Assembly: GCA_965235115.1 (NCBI GenBank)
Contig: OZ249437.1
Coordinates: forward strand, 52,266,001-52,330,000
Origin: Laetmonice hystrix
Taxonomy: Eukaryota
Length of the DNA: 64,000 nucleotides
Direction of reading: 5' to 3'
Positions 1-13,000 of this stretch are shown here, one piece after another. How positions within the stretch are numbered: position 1 is the first letter of the stretch; each line of letters begins with the position of its first letter. The notes beneath the pieces are model-generated. The model was not told the origin of the DNA and made no database searches. It was given only the letters and a program-made list of their open reading frames with translations. The translations under genes were made by a program, and so were the position numbers.

Positions 1-323
1 TAATCACTCTCTAATTAAGGCTTCCTTCCTTGACAAACACATGATTTCGCAGCAATTATATACCTCTGTAGGATAACAACTGAGTGTCATTCTAAATTGC
101 AATTACGTTCACCGTTTTTTTCTCCAAGGTAATCTCGCAAAGCGCTGGCCTGCGGTGGCAAAGTGTATACTTACAGCTGATGAGCTCGGTGGCCATGGTC
201 GGTTTCCTTGTCCTCCGGGTCTGTAAGACAAAACAATAGTTAGAACCTATCGAGGTCATTGACTAGCACCTTGTGACTGTGTTCATTTAGTGAGTCTCAT
301 TCCTCACGTCCTATGTGACTACT

Positions 324-1040
324 GATAACAATAAACACCACTCCCTCAATAACTGTTCCTCCCACGGAGCTTGTATCTGACGGAATGAAAGCACAACGCT
401 TAGACCTGGAGATATGACACCTGGAGGCCTACCGTACAGCTTTGGAATCACATTGCTAATCTCATCAAGGATAACAATAAACACCACTCCCTCAATAACT
501 GTTCCTCCCACGGAGCTTGTATCTGACGGAATGAAAGCACAACGCTTAGACCTGGAGATATGACACCTGGAGGCCTACCGTACAGCTTTGGAATCACATT
601 GGTAATCTCATCAATGATAACAATAAACACCACTCCCTCAATAACTGGTCCTCCCACGGAGCTTGTATCTGACGGAATGAAAGCACAACGCTTAGACCTG
701 GAGATATGACACCTGGAGGCCTACCGTACAGCTTTGGAATCACATTGGTAATCTCATCAATGATAACAATAAACACCACTCCCTCAATAACTGGTCCTCC
801 CACGGAGCTTGTATCTGACGGAATGAAAGCACAACGCTTAGACCTGGAGATATGACACCTGGAGGCCTACCGTACAGCTTTGGAATCACATTGGTAATCT
901 CATCAATGATAACAATAAACACCACTCCCTCAATAACTGGTCCTCCCACGGAGCTTGTATCTGACAGGATGTAAGCACAACGCTTAGACCTGGAGATATG
1001 ACACCTGGAGGCCTACCGTACAGCTTTGGAATCACATTGG
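324..1040. repeat. Tandem array (minisatellite/satellite-like), 146-bp unit, ~4.9 copies
   Basis: The unit GATAACAATAAACACCACTCCCTCAATAACTG...GGAATCACATTGGTAATCTCATCAAT restarts at 324, 470, 616, 762 and 908, and the last copy ends at 1040. Copies differ by only a few substitutions: GTTCCT in copies 1-2 vs GGTCCT in 3-5, two variants near the end of copy 1, and GACAGGATGTAAG in copy 5. The repeated ORFs in the track (448, 594, 740) share the 146-nt period. Confidence 0.98.
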
Positions 1041-1278
1041 GAACGTAGACAGCCTATGTGTACACCCCCCCACCCCCAATACCTAATACCACGCCCCCTC
1101 TAAATCCGTAACAGACCTTGATTATCTTCTTCTTATAAGTTACTCCAACCCTTACGGACTTGTATTTTCTACTCCACCAGAGGTCTGTGAAAATCGTTCC
1201 GAGGAATCTTTGATATAATTGCCAGACCTATAATCAGTGTATTCCACCACAGCTTTTGTCAGTTGTAACGCCGATACC

Positions 1279-1417
1279 AGCGCCGCCCTGGTGGTGCACC
1301 TGGCACGTTTTTGATACCTGTCACTCAAATCGGGATAGGTTGGGGGGGGGGGGGGGGGTGTCGACCTAACCTGTCACGGTCACCACCAGGTGGAGCTCGT
1401 TACTGCCCCCTAGTGGC
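1279..1417. promoter_or_regulatory. Cluster of three CTCF-like motifs
   Basis: 1403-1417 (-) GCCACTAGGGGGCAG matches the CTCF core consensus. 1383-1397 (+) CCACCAGGTGGAGCT has one mismatch. 1279-1294 (-) CCACCAGGGCGGCGCT has a one-base insertion. These are motif matches only; there is no evidence of binding. Confidence 0.4.
1342..1358 (+). repeat. Poly-G tract (G17)
   Basis: 17 consecutive G read directly. Confidence 0.97.
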
Positions 1418-4400
1418 TGACATGGCTGAATCCCAAACCTTCCTGATTACGACTGGACGTAATGCCAACACGTCAGTCAGCCGGCCAAATCTCCCTGGGC
1501 CCAACTTCCTGCCCGCGAACCCTCTGTTAACATGGCATTCGCTGCTCTATTTACATAAAACACACTCAAAATGGAAAGAAAATAGAAGGTAATAGAAAAC
1601 AAATCCAAGAGGTATTGGAATCGATTTTTTTTAAACGCTCGCTGCATGTTTCTCACAACGTTATGTTACAAGGTAAGAATTCGCAGAACATCCCTTGGTG
1701 TGTGCCATTCTGTAGGTAGAACAGAGTCTGAATAGGTTTACTGACTATACCTTGGCCGTTAGTGGAAGGGCAACATTAAATTGAACATTTTGTAATATAT
1801 ACATTTCCATGCACACAAAATATGGAAACATAAATTTCTATTGTGAAGAAACCGTTATTGAAAGAAAAGTATCACTTTGCCTAAGGTTTCTACCTAAACA
1901 ATTTATGACTGAGCTATCAGTACCAAGTAAGGCTGAGTGACGGATCAAACTCCTCAGAGACAAACACATAGGGCCTGACAAGACAATGCCCTCAATGACA
2001 ACTCGCTGTCTGAATGGTTCTCAGTAAATAACTAGACCCGGCCGCCTTGTATCCCGCGCTGTCGGTCCATTGTACGGGCCACAAACGTGTTGTCTGAGGA
2101 CTTGTCCCTGATCCGGGGTCGGATTTCAAATACATTGTACAACCATGATGGAGTATAGGGATATAATGCTTGAACATGGTACCTAACCTGAGGGAGTCTG
2201 CACCGGATATTTACTAGCTGCATACAACAATGTTCTAGCCCTGATGTAGTCGTATGGGTCGTGAGAACGTATACAACTCAATCCATTCAAATATGCTGGG
2301 TTCTGGGATCAGATCCGGTCAGACTCTTTTCATCAAAGAATTTCAAAATATTAAATTCTATTTGTTTCCTGGTTTGGGTAGATCTATCCTTGAATGAAAT
2401 AACATTAAACGAGAATCAGAAATCAATTTCTCTACCAAGCCCTACTGAGTGCAGGCACGCCCCCTCTATTTTTGGTGGTATTACAACGTTGGAGCCCGAA
2501 CACGTAACTGTGCTTAAGAGTGTCTTACATTTATGCAACCGAACGTTATTAAAAATGAATGCAATTTCTTTCATCTGTGCATACAAGATATGAGTACCAC
2601 CTTACCGTTTGGAAAAGACTTTAACGGTTCATATTGATTACCACCGTATATACGGCTTTATTTACCTCGGTATCAGGAACCACTTTGTTTCTCCCTAATA
2701 GATTAGAGCTGGGAATGATTTGTTCCGTTTTTTAATCCAATAATATAAGATAGGTACTTACACTGACATGGGCGGCATCCCTCCTGGCCCTCCACCCATT
2801 GTGCTATTTGGTGGCGGCCCGGGTCGCATTCCATATTGCTGCAAACAACAAATTACTTTACGTTATTTACTGCTCTACAATAGGAGGCGTGGTTGGGTGC
2901 CATCTGACAAGAAACTGATGATGACATGGCAGGAAAACATGGCAATATCATAGCCATAACCGTAAACATTTAGCACAAATCTTTGAACTGCATATTCTTT
3001 TTCAATTACAATAAAGAAAAACGGTCTCTTTTGGAAATGAAATAAACAGATTAAACTAACGTAAGTATATAGATTGATGACCATTAGAAATCACAATCCT
3101 ACAGGGAGAAAGGAGAACAGCCACCTCTCATGATTCTGAGCCCCCCCCCCTCCCCCCACCTCCCTCGGAGGTTTACGTTTCCTGGCCATTTTCTGATTGT
3201 ATCATGACATTTATAGGTCTCCTTATAATACCATAACATCCAGTACATGCACCTGCGATACTATCGTCTCCACACAACTTCATATCCTCGTTAAGTCCAT
3301 TTACTTTTCGTGCCTTGCCTAATTAAGAAAGAACTCGAGATGATTGTATGAAGACGACACCTGACACAAGAGTTGTTACTGACGACTTATTTTATCACTC
3401 CCGTCCGGGACAGCACTAGTCAAGGGTAGACTACTATAAAGCTATACTTATATGTAAATGGCCTGATCTTTCAAAAGCTTTCGCGCTTCCCCACATTTTT
3501 ATGCATTCCATACTATATTTTGTACCTTCTTGTTTCCAGTTTGTTTGCAGTTGAAATTATCATATTGGATACAGAGCATGACAAAATGTTTTTTCATGAT
3601 GTCTTTAAACCATCTTAAACAGCCTTAACGTGTCGGATGTCATTTGTTGAGTACAGGTCCAGACCATAGCTGCAGCCATTCGAGACGATACTCCCCTCTG
3701 GCACCAATATCCAATACTATAGAAGACACGTTTCACAACAGTTTACCCCCTACCTGCACCAACACTGGCTTGCCACTATTCATGTGATAATAGCCAGTGC
3801 AGCCCTTTCGCCTGGGCTATAGAATTACCTAGCTACAATGAAGTGATCGGCGGCCGGTATTTATCAACGGTGACTGTTGGCGCCTATTATGAAAGCATGC
3901 ATTTCACTGTTGACACATGTGGCAACACGATACGCCAGCCTCTTGCTACAGAATAAGCAAACTCGGAGATCGAAAGAATGTGGAGGTGTGCTTGGTTGGG
4001 GGATTTGCTGTCTGTGGTCGGGAGGACTATATGTGGGACGTGGAGGGAGATATGGGACAGAATCACCGCCCCTTGTTCTAAACAACGACCAGCTATAATA
4101 TAATATGATAACGTCATTCACGTGGCTGGCCGGATCGGATAGGGCCTCGGTTGGATGGCCCTGTACGGCAGTTTGATGCAGTTCTTTTTTGGTCACGTCC
4201 GATTCCAAATTTGATCCGTCTAGGACTTTCCCTTGGGGTCATTTTATTTATTTCGGGGTCGATTCTCCCTTGTTCACCCTCACGGCAATCCATTCAAAAG
4301 ATGTTGGGCTTACCGGGTAACGCTACGTGGTGTACATTGTGTTGCTGAAATCTAGCCGGGCTTCTCATAAAGTTACCCGTCTCATAAATACCACCTCCCG

Positions 4401-4824
4401 ACCACGGGGCCTCATATATTCAGCCTCAGCCCACCACCCTCTCATACCCAGTTGTTCTTTCTAACAAAAGATTTCTCCCACATTTAATGTCCAAGCGTTT
4501 TATCAGTAAGGCTCAGTAACACAATCAGGAAAACATTACTCTGTCTTCGGTTTTATAGGCCAGCATATTCATTTAATACGCCAAAAAGTTGCTATGAAAC
4601 GAAATAAATAATTGCAGGTCCCGACCAGAAGGTAACAGTCTTTGAACGTGCCGGTTGTGTAAAACATCACGATGCATCTTATTTTTTACAAACCGAATTC
4701 TCCTAACTTTACTACTTTACAAATTGTTGAAAAAGTTTACTATTGAGGACACCCCCATTGCTCATTATTCAATATGCTACTGTACTGTAAAGTAGGGTTA
4801 TAAAAAAGGTGTTTGCCCTGATCA

Positions 4825-4839
4825 CCCCCAGGTGGCGCT
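4825..4839 (+). promoter_or_regulatory. CTCF-like motif
   Basis: CCCCCAGGTGGCGCT, one mismatch to CCACCAGGTGGCGCT. Confidence 0.3.
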
Positions 4840-6143
4840 GTGGCCCAGGTGGGCGGTTGGTGTAAAAACTCGAGGGGGACTTTGTCATTACTCATGGGTT
4901 GCCACTCACCGGGTTGATTGGTCCTGGCATCCTGCCCGGATGGGCCATCCGTTGCATGGGACCCATGCCAGGATGATCTGCAACAAAGAAAATATATCCA
5001 TTAAAATGTTTTGAAAACTAGAAACTTTTTTTTCAATATTGGCAGCGGGGGAGCGAGTGTCCTCGAAGCCAAACTATAAATGATATCTTCGATTATTATA
5101 CAAAGAAATTAATTGGCGCAAATTAAATTGTGTCCGGTACCAAGAAAGCTAGTTTTGAGGCATGAAGATGCCCTCTTGTTGACGCTAAGTAGTACGTTAT
5201 TTCTGGCTTTTCAGACTGCACCTAATACAATAACTGTGGCGTATCAAGTCAGCGTACTGAATTATGGTCGATTTCCTTGTCTTCTATCTGCCCTGACATT
5301 GTTACAAGGTGGTGGCCTGAAGGGACCACTGTCTGATAACAAAACTGAGTATCAATTTTTCGTCGGAGACTCTAGTCTCTAGTCTAGGATAGTTCCTTTC
5401 CCTGAGGAATTCTAATGTCATGGAAAAAGTCTGAATCCGATCTATTATAACTCGGTGACGTGAAAGACTATCAAGACTCTCTTGATCTACATTTTTATCA
5501 TGCTTACATTATGTCCACTCCGTATCACACACATAAGAAAGCTCTGTTTAAGTCTTTGTAACTAAGTGCGCCACGCTTTTGTTGGGGATGTCATCATGCA
5601 ATGATGAAATGCAAGGGCTCTGGGGCATTCCCATCAGTGCAATGGATGAGCAGTAGCAACGCCAAAGCGACTGTGTGGTAAATGAAACAACACAGACCCA
5701 CCATTAGAGGGCTTTGTGGGCAGCACGGGGCTGACGTAACCTAGAGCAGTACGGGTGACATTCAATCTATGGAGCATGACTAATTGATAGCACCAGACCG
5801 CGGACACCCCGGGCTAATGGAGCCCGAGCCTCCGCCCTATATGTCAGTGTGGACCCCACACGAGATGGTGATAACTTTGATTGCATACCGTCGGCTTCTT
5901 GCTGCCCGCTTCCATCTAATCGGACATCCATCAGGGCGTGTGATTTATACAGGGGTCGTCATTACGGGACGTTCACGTCCAGAACGGCACCCATGGCGAC
6001 AACAGACACCGCCAACAGCGCCCTCTCTCTACCAACAGCTCTGACCACCACTGGCACAGTTGGAAACAGTGGCAATGCCAACGTTGGAAGAAAGCCATGA
6101 TCTGAAGAGGTGCTCCACGATACAGCCCCCATGTAATGACCTT

Positions 6144-6847
6144 GTGGATGATTGTCACTCCGTGGGGTCCGTCATAGGCCAACGACGACAGGTGTATCGC
6201 AATGACAAGCCACCTGTCCTCCATATCGATAACCCCACCCCCGTCCCTCAATCACCCCATCATAACCGCCCCCCCGGCCGACATGATTGCAGACGGCGGC
6301 CAACAGGTGGCGTGACGTTCTGATGGAGACGTCGCGATGCAATGGAGGTGTTTTTGTTCGACAAACCGGCTTTACGACATAACCGGACTCCTGGGATTTA
6401 AACAAGTCACCAAACTTGGCTATGTATGGCTTATCCGCACCGACTGAGGTGTATTATTGGTGTGCCTCGTTTTCTCGGTTCTCCTTACATCAAAGCCAAG
6501 TTCACACAGACGCGAATATTAACAGCCAGCCACAGTGCGAGGTTCGTTCACGTCACCGTGTTAGCGACACGGGTTCCAAGTCCTCCGTTGTTGATCTGCT
6601 GTGGACATGTTTTTACTCCGATCGGTGCTTGGTCTGCGGTCGTTCCGGACGGAGTGTCCACACATGACGGGGAGTTGGTAACCACGGTAACCGTTACTCC
6701 ATGCGTCAATCTATCTCAGCCTCAGGTGACCCACGGATGTCAGCCCAGCGTTTACCGACCGTATCCATCGGAATGCCATCACCTACCAGCCCAAATCAAA
6801 CGGCGTATTTTGATTATACATACGCCTCATTCTGCCCACTGGATGCT
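6144..6847 (+). mobile_element. Possible highly degenerate Ty3/Gypsy reverse transcriptase-RNase H junction remnant
   Basis: Motif traces in the expected order but in different frames: VDD (6144-6152), FKQVTKLGYV (6397-6426), VPRFLGSPYIKAKF (6462-6503), AYFDYTYASFCPLDA (6803-6847). Spacing does not fit a real RT, and there are no LTRs. Confidence 0.2.
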
Positions 6848-9800
6848 ACCAGAGCGAGTCAAGGATAGCCGCAAGTTTCGGAGCAACTCATTATTTTCAA
6901 TGGTGCGGAGCTGGATGATGAGGCGGGACCCAACCCACTTCTAACCACTTCATATCCCTGGATTCTCCACACCATCCCTGCCTCAACTGATCGACCAACT
7001 CATCCCAGTAAGTTGTCCTCTTATCTGTTTTCTTTTAGTGTCTTTTCTTTTTGCAGCCATTCCTTTCCTTTGGCATCCCCAACGATAAAATGTAGTCATG
7101 TATTCGCTCCGTATTTTCTAGTGGCAATATCCAGGGAGGTCCTGGGGCCTGAGACGGCGGTTCGGTTATAAAGTTGTGTAGGGATCATTTCATGGTGTGC
7201 GTTCTGATGAAGGCTGCTATCAGGGAGGACGGGCTGAAAGTTATATTGCCTGTCAAACATCGTCCATGGTGATGTACAACCACAATGGTTTGCCAGCCAT
7301 TACGGCGCACTGAGCCGGATCGCATCCAGGCAGCGCTATACAACGTCCCTTCTCAACTCGACGGATATGGACATTCAACTCATGATGCATCAGCCATGCA
7401 TGTGCAGGTCTCATTGCTTGTCCATAGAGGGCGTTCTTGTAACAGGGAGGCTGTGACTGAAGTGCTTATCAGTGCAACTGAAACCACACCTACTCCAAAC
7501 ACACGGAAGAAACATAAAGCGTAGCTGGTGAATCTCTCTTAGCGGGCTCAACATTCTGATTTCGTTGCCCTGCTATCGGCTTTCTTAAGCCTGGCTGCAG
7601 TGTTTGATGCCTGAGATAGTTGATCTGAGTAGCCCCAGAGGCATGGGGGTAATGTACATCTGTGTGTGGGGGGGGGGGGAGATGGGGCGCACCGACACCC
7701 GCTGCTCCGACCCCTCTTGTTATCTGTGGGAGGTTGAGACGAAAGCCCGATCATTCATCAACGCCACCTCTATGCTCTGCTCACATCAGTAATCCGCCAA
7801 GCAGCGATTTGAAGCTCTGTGATGTGACAAAGCCATCCAAGTACACCGCCTTCCACTAATGGCCTTCTGTTGGGGCCCCAAACGACGTTACGACCGCCCA
7901 CAGGCCCTTCACCTGCATACCTCACCCCGCTCACGTAAGGCGTTCTGTGTGACAGCGGTGATGACCACGCAATGCGTTTCTAACGACTACGCAATGTGGC
8001 GCAAAATGGGAGGAAGAAAGGGGCGGGGCGAAGGCTGGGGGGGGGGGGCGCTTTCTACTCACTGGCCTCTTTAGAGATGGTAAGTTTTAGTCACTATCAA
8101 ACTGTTTAGAAATTTAAATGTGAAACTTTAATCGATTATTTCTGAAGGTTACCGTTTATAGTTTTATAGATATAGTTTATATCTTTATGTACCAAGTTTC
8201 AATCAGAATATTTCCGAGGATTCTGTCCTCATATCCTAAGAGAGGTCTAGATCCCAGATCTTCTGACTGACCGTTAATAGGATCGGCATTGACACCTGCC
8301 CTGCATGACTGACATGTTGGTTACTTTTGGACCCTCACACAGCCCCTCAGACATTCCCCTCATTCAAACACCGTCCCTCCACATCCCCCAACCGCTGTAC
8401 AGCGAACCCCATCGCTGCTCCTCACCACCTTCAAACCTCAGCCCCTTGGTCGTTTACACCCCAGCCTAATTGCCATGCTGCCATCCCAGGGAGGCTACTC
8501 TGATTGGAGTGGTCCTAAATTAAACTTGCCTTTGCGTCTCCATGTTGTGGTAGAGTGTCCAGATAATGGCCGCCCTGCTATTAGTGAGGCACGCCCTGCC
8601 AGTCTCTGGACCCATGCTGGAGGCCTCCCAGGGCCTTTCATTCCCGGGTTCCCCACCACTGGCTCCTCGCCCAACACGCCCACCCCTGCCCGCTCACTGC
8701 ACACAAACCTTTGGAGTATACTTCTATTATCAGCCACCCTACACTTGAGAACATACTCAAATTGGACCAAATGCACCGGCACACCCTGCACTGTCAGTTA
8801 TTGCCAAATTTAATCAGTGGAAAGATAATAGAGACAAGATCACGGTTTCTCGGCCGGAAATGGAGGACGGGTGTGTGGGAGCGGGGCCGGCGCGACCCTC
8901 TTACTCCTTCATTTCCCCAGCCAGCTGTGGGTCGTGCCAAGTTGTCAGCGCCCGGCCTCTAGAAGTCGGCGCAGTAGGCCGACAGGTACAGGAGGCTCAC
9001 AGAGCCCACATCTCCCGTCTGTCATCCCAGGGCACCTTGCTGGCACATGTCTCCCAATGCTCGTCACGTCGCCAGGCCGTGCCCGGCCAACAAATCTCCC
9101 ATCCTTATATTCACTCTCCTGATCCACAGCTGACATCCATTTGCAGAAGCCGGCCTCCACTGCTTGCTTTTGGCTGAGATCTAAATGCCAACACTTGGCC
9201 ACTTAATTGCCACTTGATGGGTAACCTGGCAGCGGAGCTGTTTGAGGAGCTGCTCAGCCCATGTAGCTTCCATTCTTCGTTCTCTATGACTGGCCCAGCC
9301 ACGTGGGTATCAGACCGGCGTCTTGTCACCTGGGCCTGGCTACCCTCTTGCCAACATCTATCCTGTCTGATTCCGTTGTGACCATTCTATCACTCAGCAG
9401 ACCTAACGTAGATTAATCTCTACAAACGGTAACACAAACCGTCTTCAATCAGTCATGTATACATAGAGAGCTTATAGTTTTACTGAGGCCCTTTTGAAAA
9501 AGCAGCATTGAGATAAGACGGTGAGAAGGAAGTATCAGCTGCAACTCCCCCAACTTAGACAGATTAGGTCCCCCCCACCCCCTGAGAGCTTTGTGCCTCG
9601 TACCGCCTTCTTTAATAGATCACATCAGCCTGCAAGACAAGGTGCCATTTGTTACACTCTATTGAAGCAGACATTTCATGTGCCATATCTAAAAGGGCTC
9701 AGCGAGGTAAAAAGCCTGCACGAACAGATTAACGTGGACAGGGTACTGCTTGCCATATGGCCGCCATTTTTCTCTCTGAAAACCGCCACTGTGTTTGTTC

Positions 9801-10048
9801 ACAGCATTTCATGATCTGGCATTTCGTGTAGTGTGTTACCTTTCAAAAGCCAGCTGTGTGAGAGAGAGCGACTCGGCGGCCGTCTGTACCCGTCCACCTC
9901 GAGTCCTGTCAGGCAAAACCAAACATTCCGGGTGCACACCCAGCAGTCGGCATTCACACCCATACCCACCCGACACCCACTCACACAAACCACGTGGAAC
10001 GGGCACCAGATCATCCGTTCTACGACACCTTCCGTCCACTGCCGCAAT

Positions 10049-10094
10049 ACCCATCCAATTTTGTACATTTTACCCATCGAATTTTGTACATTTC
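10049..10094. repeat. 23-bp tandem duplication
   Basis: ACCCATCCAATTTTGTACATTTT followed by ACCCATCGAATTTTGTACATTTC (21/23 identical). Confidence 0.9.
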
Positions 10095-13000
10095 TATGTA
10101 CGCCTCACGTAATCCATTTCATGTGGCGATCGTTGTGGCTCTATCGTGTGCCGTCGCCTCTACGAAATAAGGATTTCTATGTATCACAGCAATATGAATG
10201 CCTCCTTGCGCCAGTCGATGATTTTTTTCTTTTCTTTGTCACTTTGGTAAGAATGTTGTTGGGAAATGAGTCCATTACTCTGCGGTAAAGAAGTTTGCAA
10301 TCCAATCCAGATATTATTCAATTTGGAAATGTAATCATATGGTGTAAGGCGTCTAAAGCTGAACACCGCCTCTCAGTAGAATGCGTCTGTCGCTCTAACT
10401 TCACTTATAATATGTATACACCCATAAATAACTTATGTCCTGACATAATTCTATATACACATAGAACATATCAAGTCAGTGGTTCTATTAGGTTTCTGCA
10501 TGCCAATTACCTAACATTTAATGAGCTTCTTGAGTAGTCAACCAAAATGTAAATATACCGATGTAATATACTTATTCATACAATACTTTTTTCATACGCT
10601 TGTATATGGCCACAGCCTATCAACACAGCCTACCATACAATATATCTTAGAAACCATATCTCTGCGGGAAACGTCAAATGGAAAATACGTATCACTTTGA
10701 TCAGTCAATCTGAAGAAGAAACGTTGATAGTAAGACGGACAATGGAGTAAAACGATACGAATGCGACTTGTATTTCAATAGCTATGTCCATATCTCTCCA
10801 TTAGCTGGCTGGTGAGTGATGCTGGCAGGCTGGGGAGAGTTTATATTGGTCATCTCCGCCAGCAATGCTGTCTCCACTGCCAACTCCCTCCAACACCAAC
10901 CAATACGGAGCCCGTCTTTAATAAGCCAGGGTTTTTTTCCTTGCTCCGCATGTAACTTTGGCCTCTGTGCTAAACCGTTTGTTCCTGTCTGGGCTTTTTG
11001 CTGCCAATACTTGCAGCCGTCGTTTCCAATATTCCTTTATTAAACGGCAGCATATGGCTGATATCGTTGAGGAGTTGGAGTGAGTTAATTGCAACAGGCC
11101 GGGAGGGGAGAGCAGGGACTGGGCCAGAGTGATCCTGTGCAGAGAGTACGGAAAATGAGGGACCCGTCAACGATGGTAAAGAGAATCCGAAACATCTAAG
11201 TTATAATAGTATAGTTCACTACAGTATAGCGTGAATCATCAGGGCCGGGTCTCTAGTGATCAAGTACAGAGAACGTCCGCCAGGGCTTGCTCTACACTCG
11301 TTATGTGACAAGACTGTTATTTAGTTTTCTTCACGGGACTAGCCCTATCGTCAGCTAGCTCATGTAAGCCCCAGCTCCCAGAGCCGTTCTTTGATGTAAC
11401 TCAAGAGTGACTGATTAACGTATGTTGTGACCAAAAACCGACACCCCTCACGAAGACACATTCATGGCGGAGAGAGGAGAGAGATGTAACTGCCTCAACT
11501 GTTCCTGTCAGCCCCGGCCTGTCCTGGCATCCTATGAATCACACTGGAAACGCGAGAGGACTTAAAACTTGTAATGACGAAAACACTTGCCAATTCACCG
11601 CGCTATTTCAGGGGGGCATCAACTGATCAGGAAAACAGCCGGAGGTACTTGAGCCCCTCCTAAGAAGACCAGTTGTTGGCAGACTTCTGCCAGTCTGTTT
11701 CTCAGTCAACACTCTTCTGTCTGTCAGTCGGTCGGGGCATCAGAGGCCAGCCTTGAATCCCTCCCATTCTCCAAAGTCTTTCACCTTCTTTTTTTGCTAT
11801 TCCTAAATAATGACACTTGATAGGGGGGTATTATTGAGGCCCTGGCTTTTGTGGCCATCCTGTCGTAATTGAGACGGCCTCAGTGTTTGTGTGGTCATGT
11901 CTAAAATCCTGTGAGGCAGTTGTGAAAATATTTGAGCATGGGTACACAGGGAGAGACGGCGCACGTTTCCGAAGGTAAACACATTTCAGTATAATAAGAC
12001 TGGCCTCTGTGCGGCTGTACTCTCTATTTCAACAGGCAGCACGGGCATCAGTTGACTGGTTTCGGTAATGAAGCTTTAAACGGATTAATCCCGGTCCTGC
12101 ATGTTGAGCGAGGTATGGCATACATTACACACATTATGGCCACTCCAATAACAAAGTAGGCAATTACCGGCGGGAACACATTATATTTGAAGTAAGTGGC
12201 CAGGCATGGTGCCCAACGTGATGAGATACAGGCACGTGGTGTTGGCCAACAGCAGCACACAGAGTGGCCCGAGTGAGTGACTGAGCAGAGGGAGGGCCTG
12301 AGTGCCTACCCGTCTGTGTCAGAGCACAGTACCGTTTAGCCCCGTTCACTCCCGTCGACCGATTGCTGCCAGCCTACCAGTCAGCCAACCAGCAAGCCAA
12401 GCAGCCACCCGGAGCAGGCAGCCCCCACACTGCCGCCAGTCGTTCCTCACTCCTCGCCCAGCCTCCAGTCGAAACAGGCGCGGCCAACGAGAGGTACCAT
12501 TCTGGATGACACGAACTGCGTCACTTTAGTACGACCAGCCTGTAGAGATGCTTCTCTCGATTCTTCCAACATTGCAAGACTTATCGGCCACGCTGATCGA
12601 CTTATGGATGGTGCCTTCACTGGATACTAGATCAAGTCACAAGTCTCCTATGTCTGTTAGGTAGGTGATCCTTGTCGGTGTCACTACAGCTTCCTAACTT
12701 CTAACACACATACACGATGTCAATGCCCACGTGGACCGCCCTTGCATGCAGAAGGTAAAGTCACCTTTAATAGTACAGATCTAACAGACTGACGAATACA
12801 CATAGGTGTGTGTTTAGATGGGTGGCGCACACCGGCCTGATAACCACCGCGCTACTCCCCATGTTGACACATTAATTAAAGAGCCACGCCGAGTCGAGTT
12901 GCAGTGGTGTGAGATGTTGACAGAGAGACTGAGAAATCTTTCTTGTAGTTCATACTGTGACGGTGTTAGAGGATGGGTGACGTGACCGCCATGCCATGAT

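Noticed and set aside
311-949. The four near-identical 66-69 aa ORFs as genes
   Set aside because: They are products of the tandem repeat. The period is not a multiple of 3 and the starts are GTG.
324-1040. CRISPR array interpretation of the repeated block
   Set aside because: The copies are contiguous 146-bp units with no unique spacers, and there are no cas genes.
8711-8790. YTSIISHPTLENILK resembling the Gypsy RNase H motif F...TDHKPL..IL
   Set aside because: Too short, the key Asp is absent, and there are no flanking motifs.
12830-12860. Minus-strand GGGGAGTAGCGCGGTGGTTA resembling a tRNA/SINE head (A box)
   Set aside because: No B box at the expected distance and no cloverleaf.
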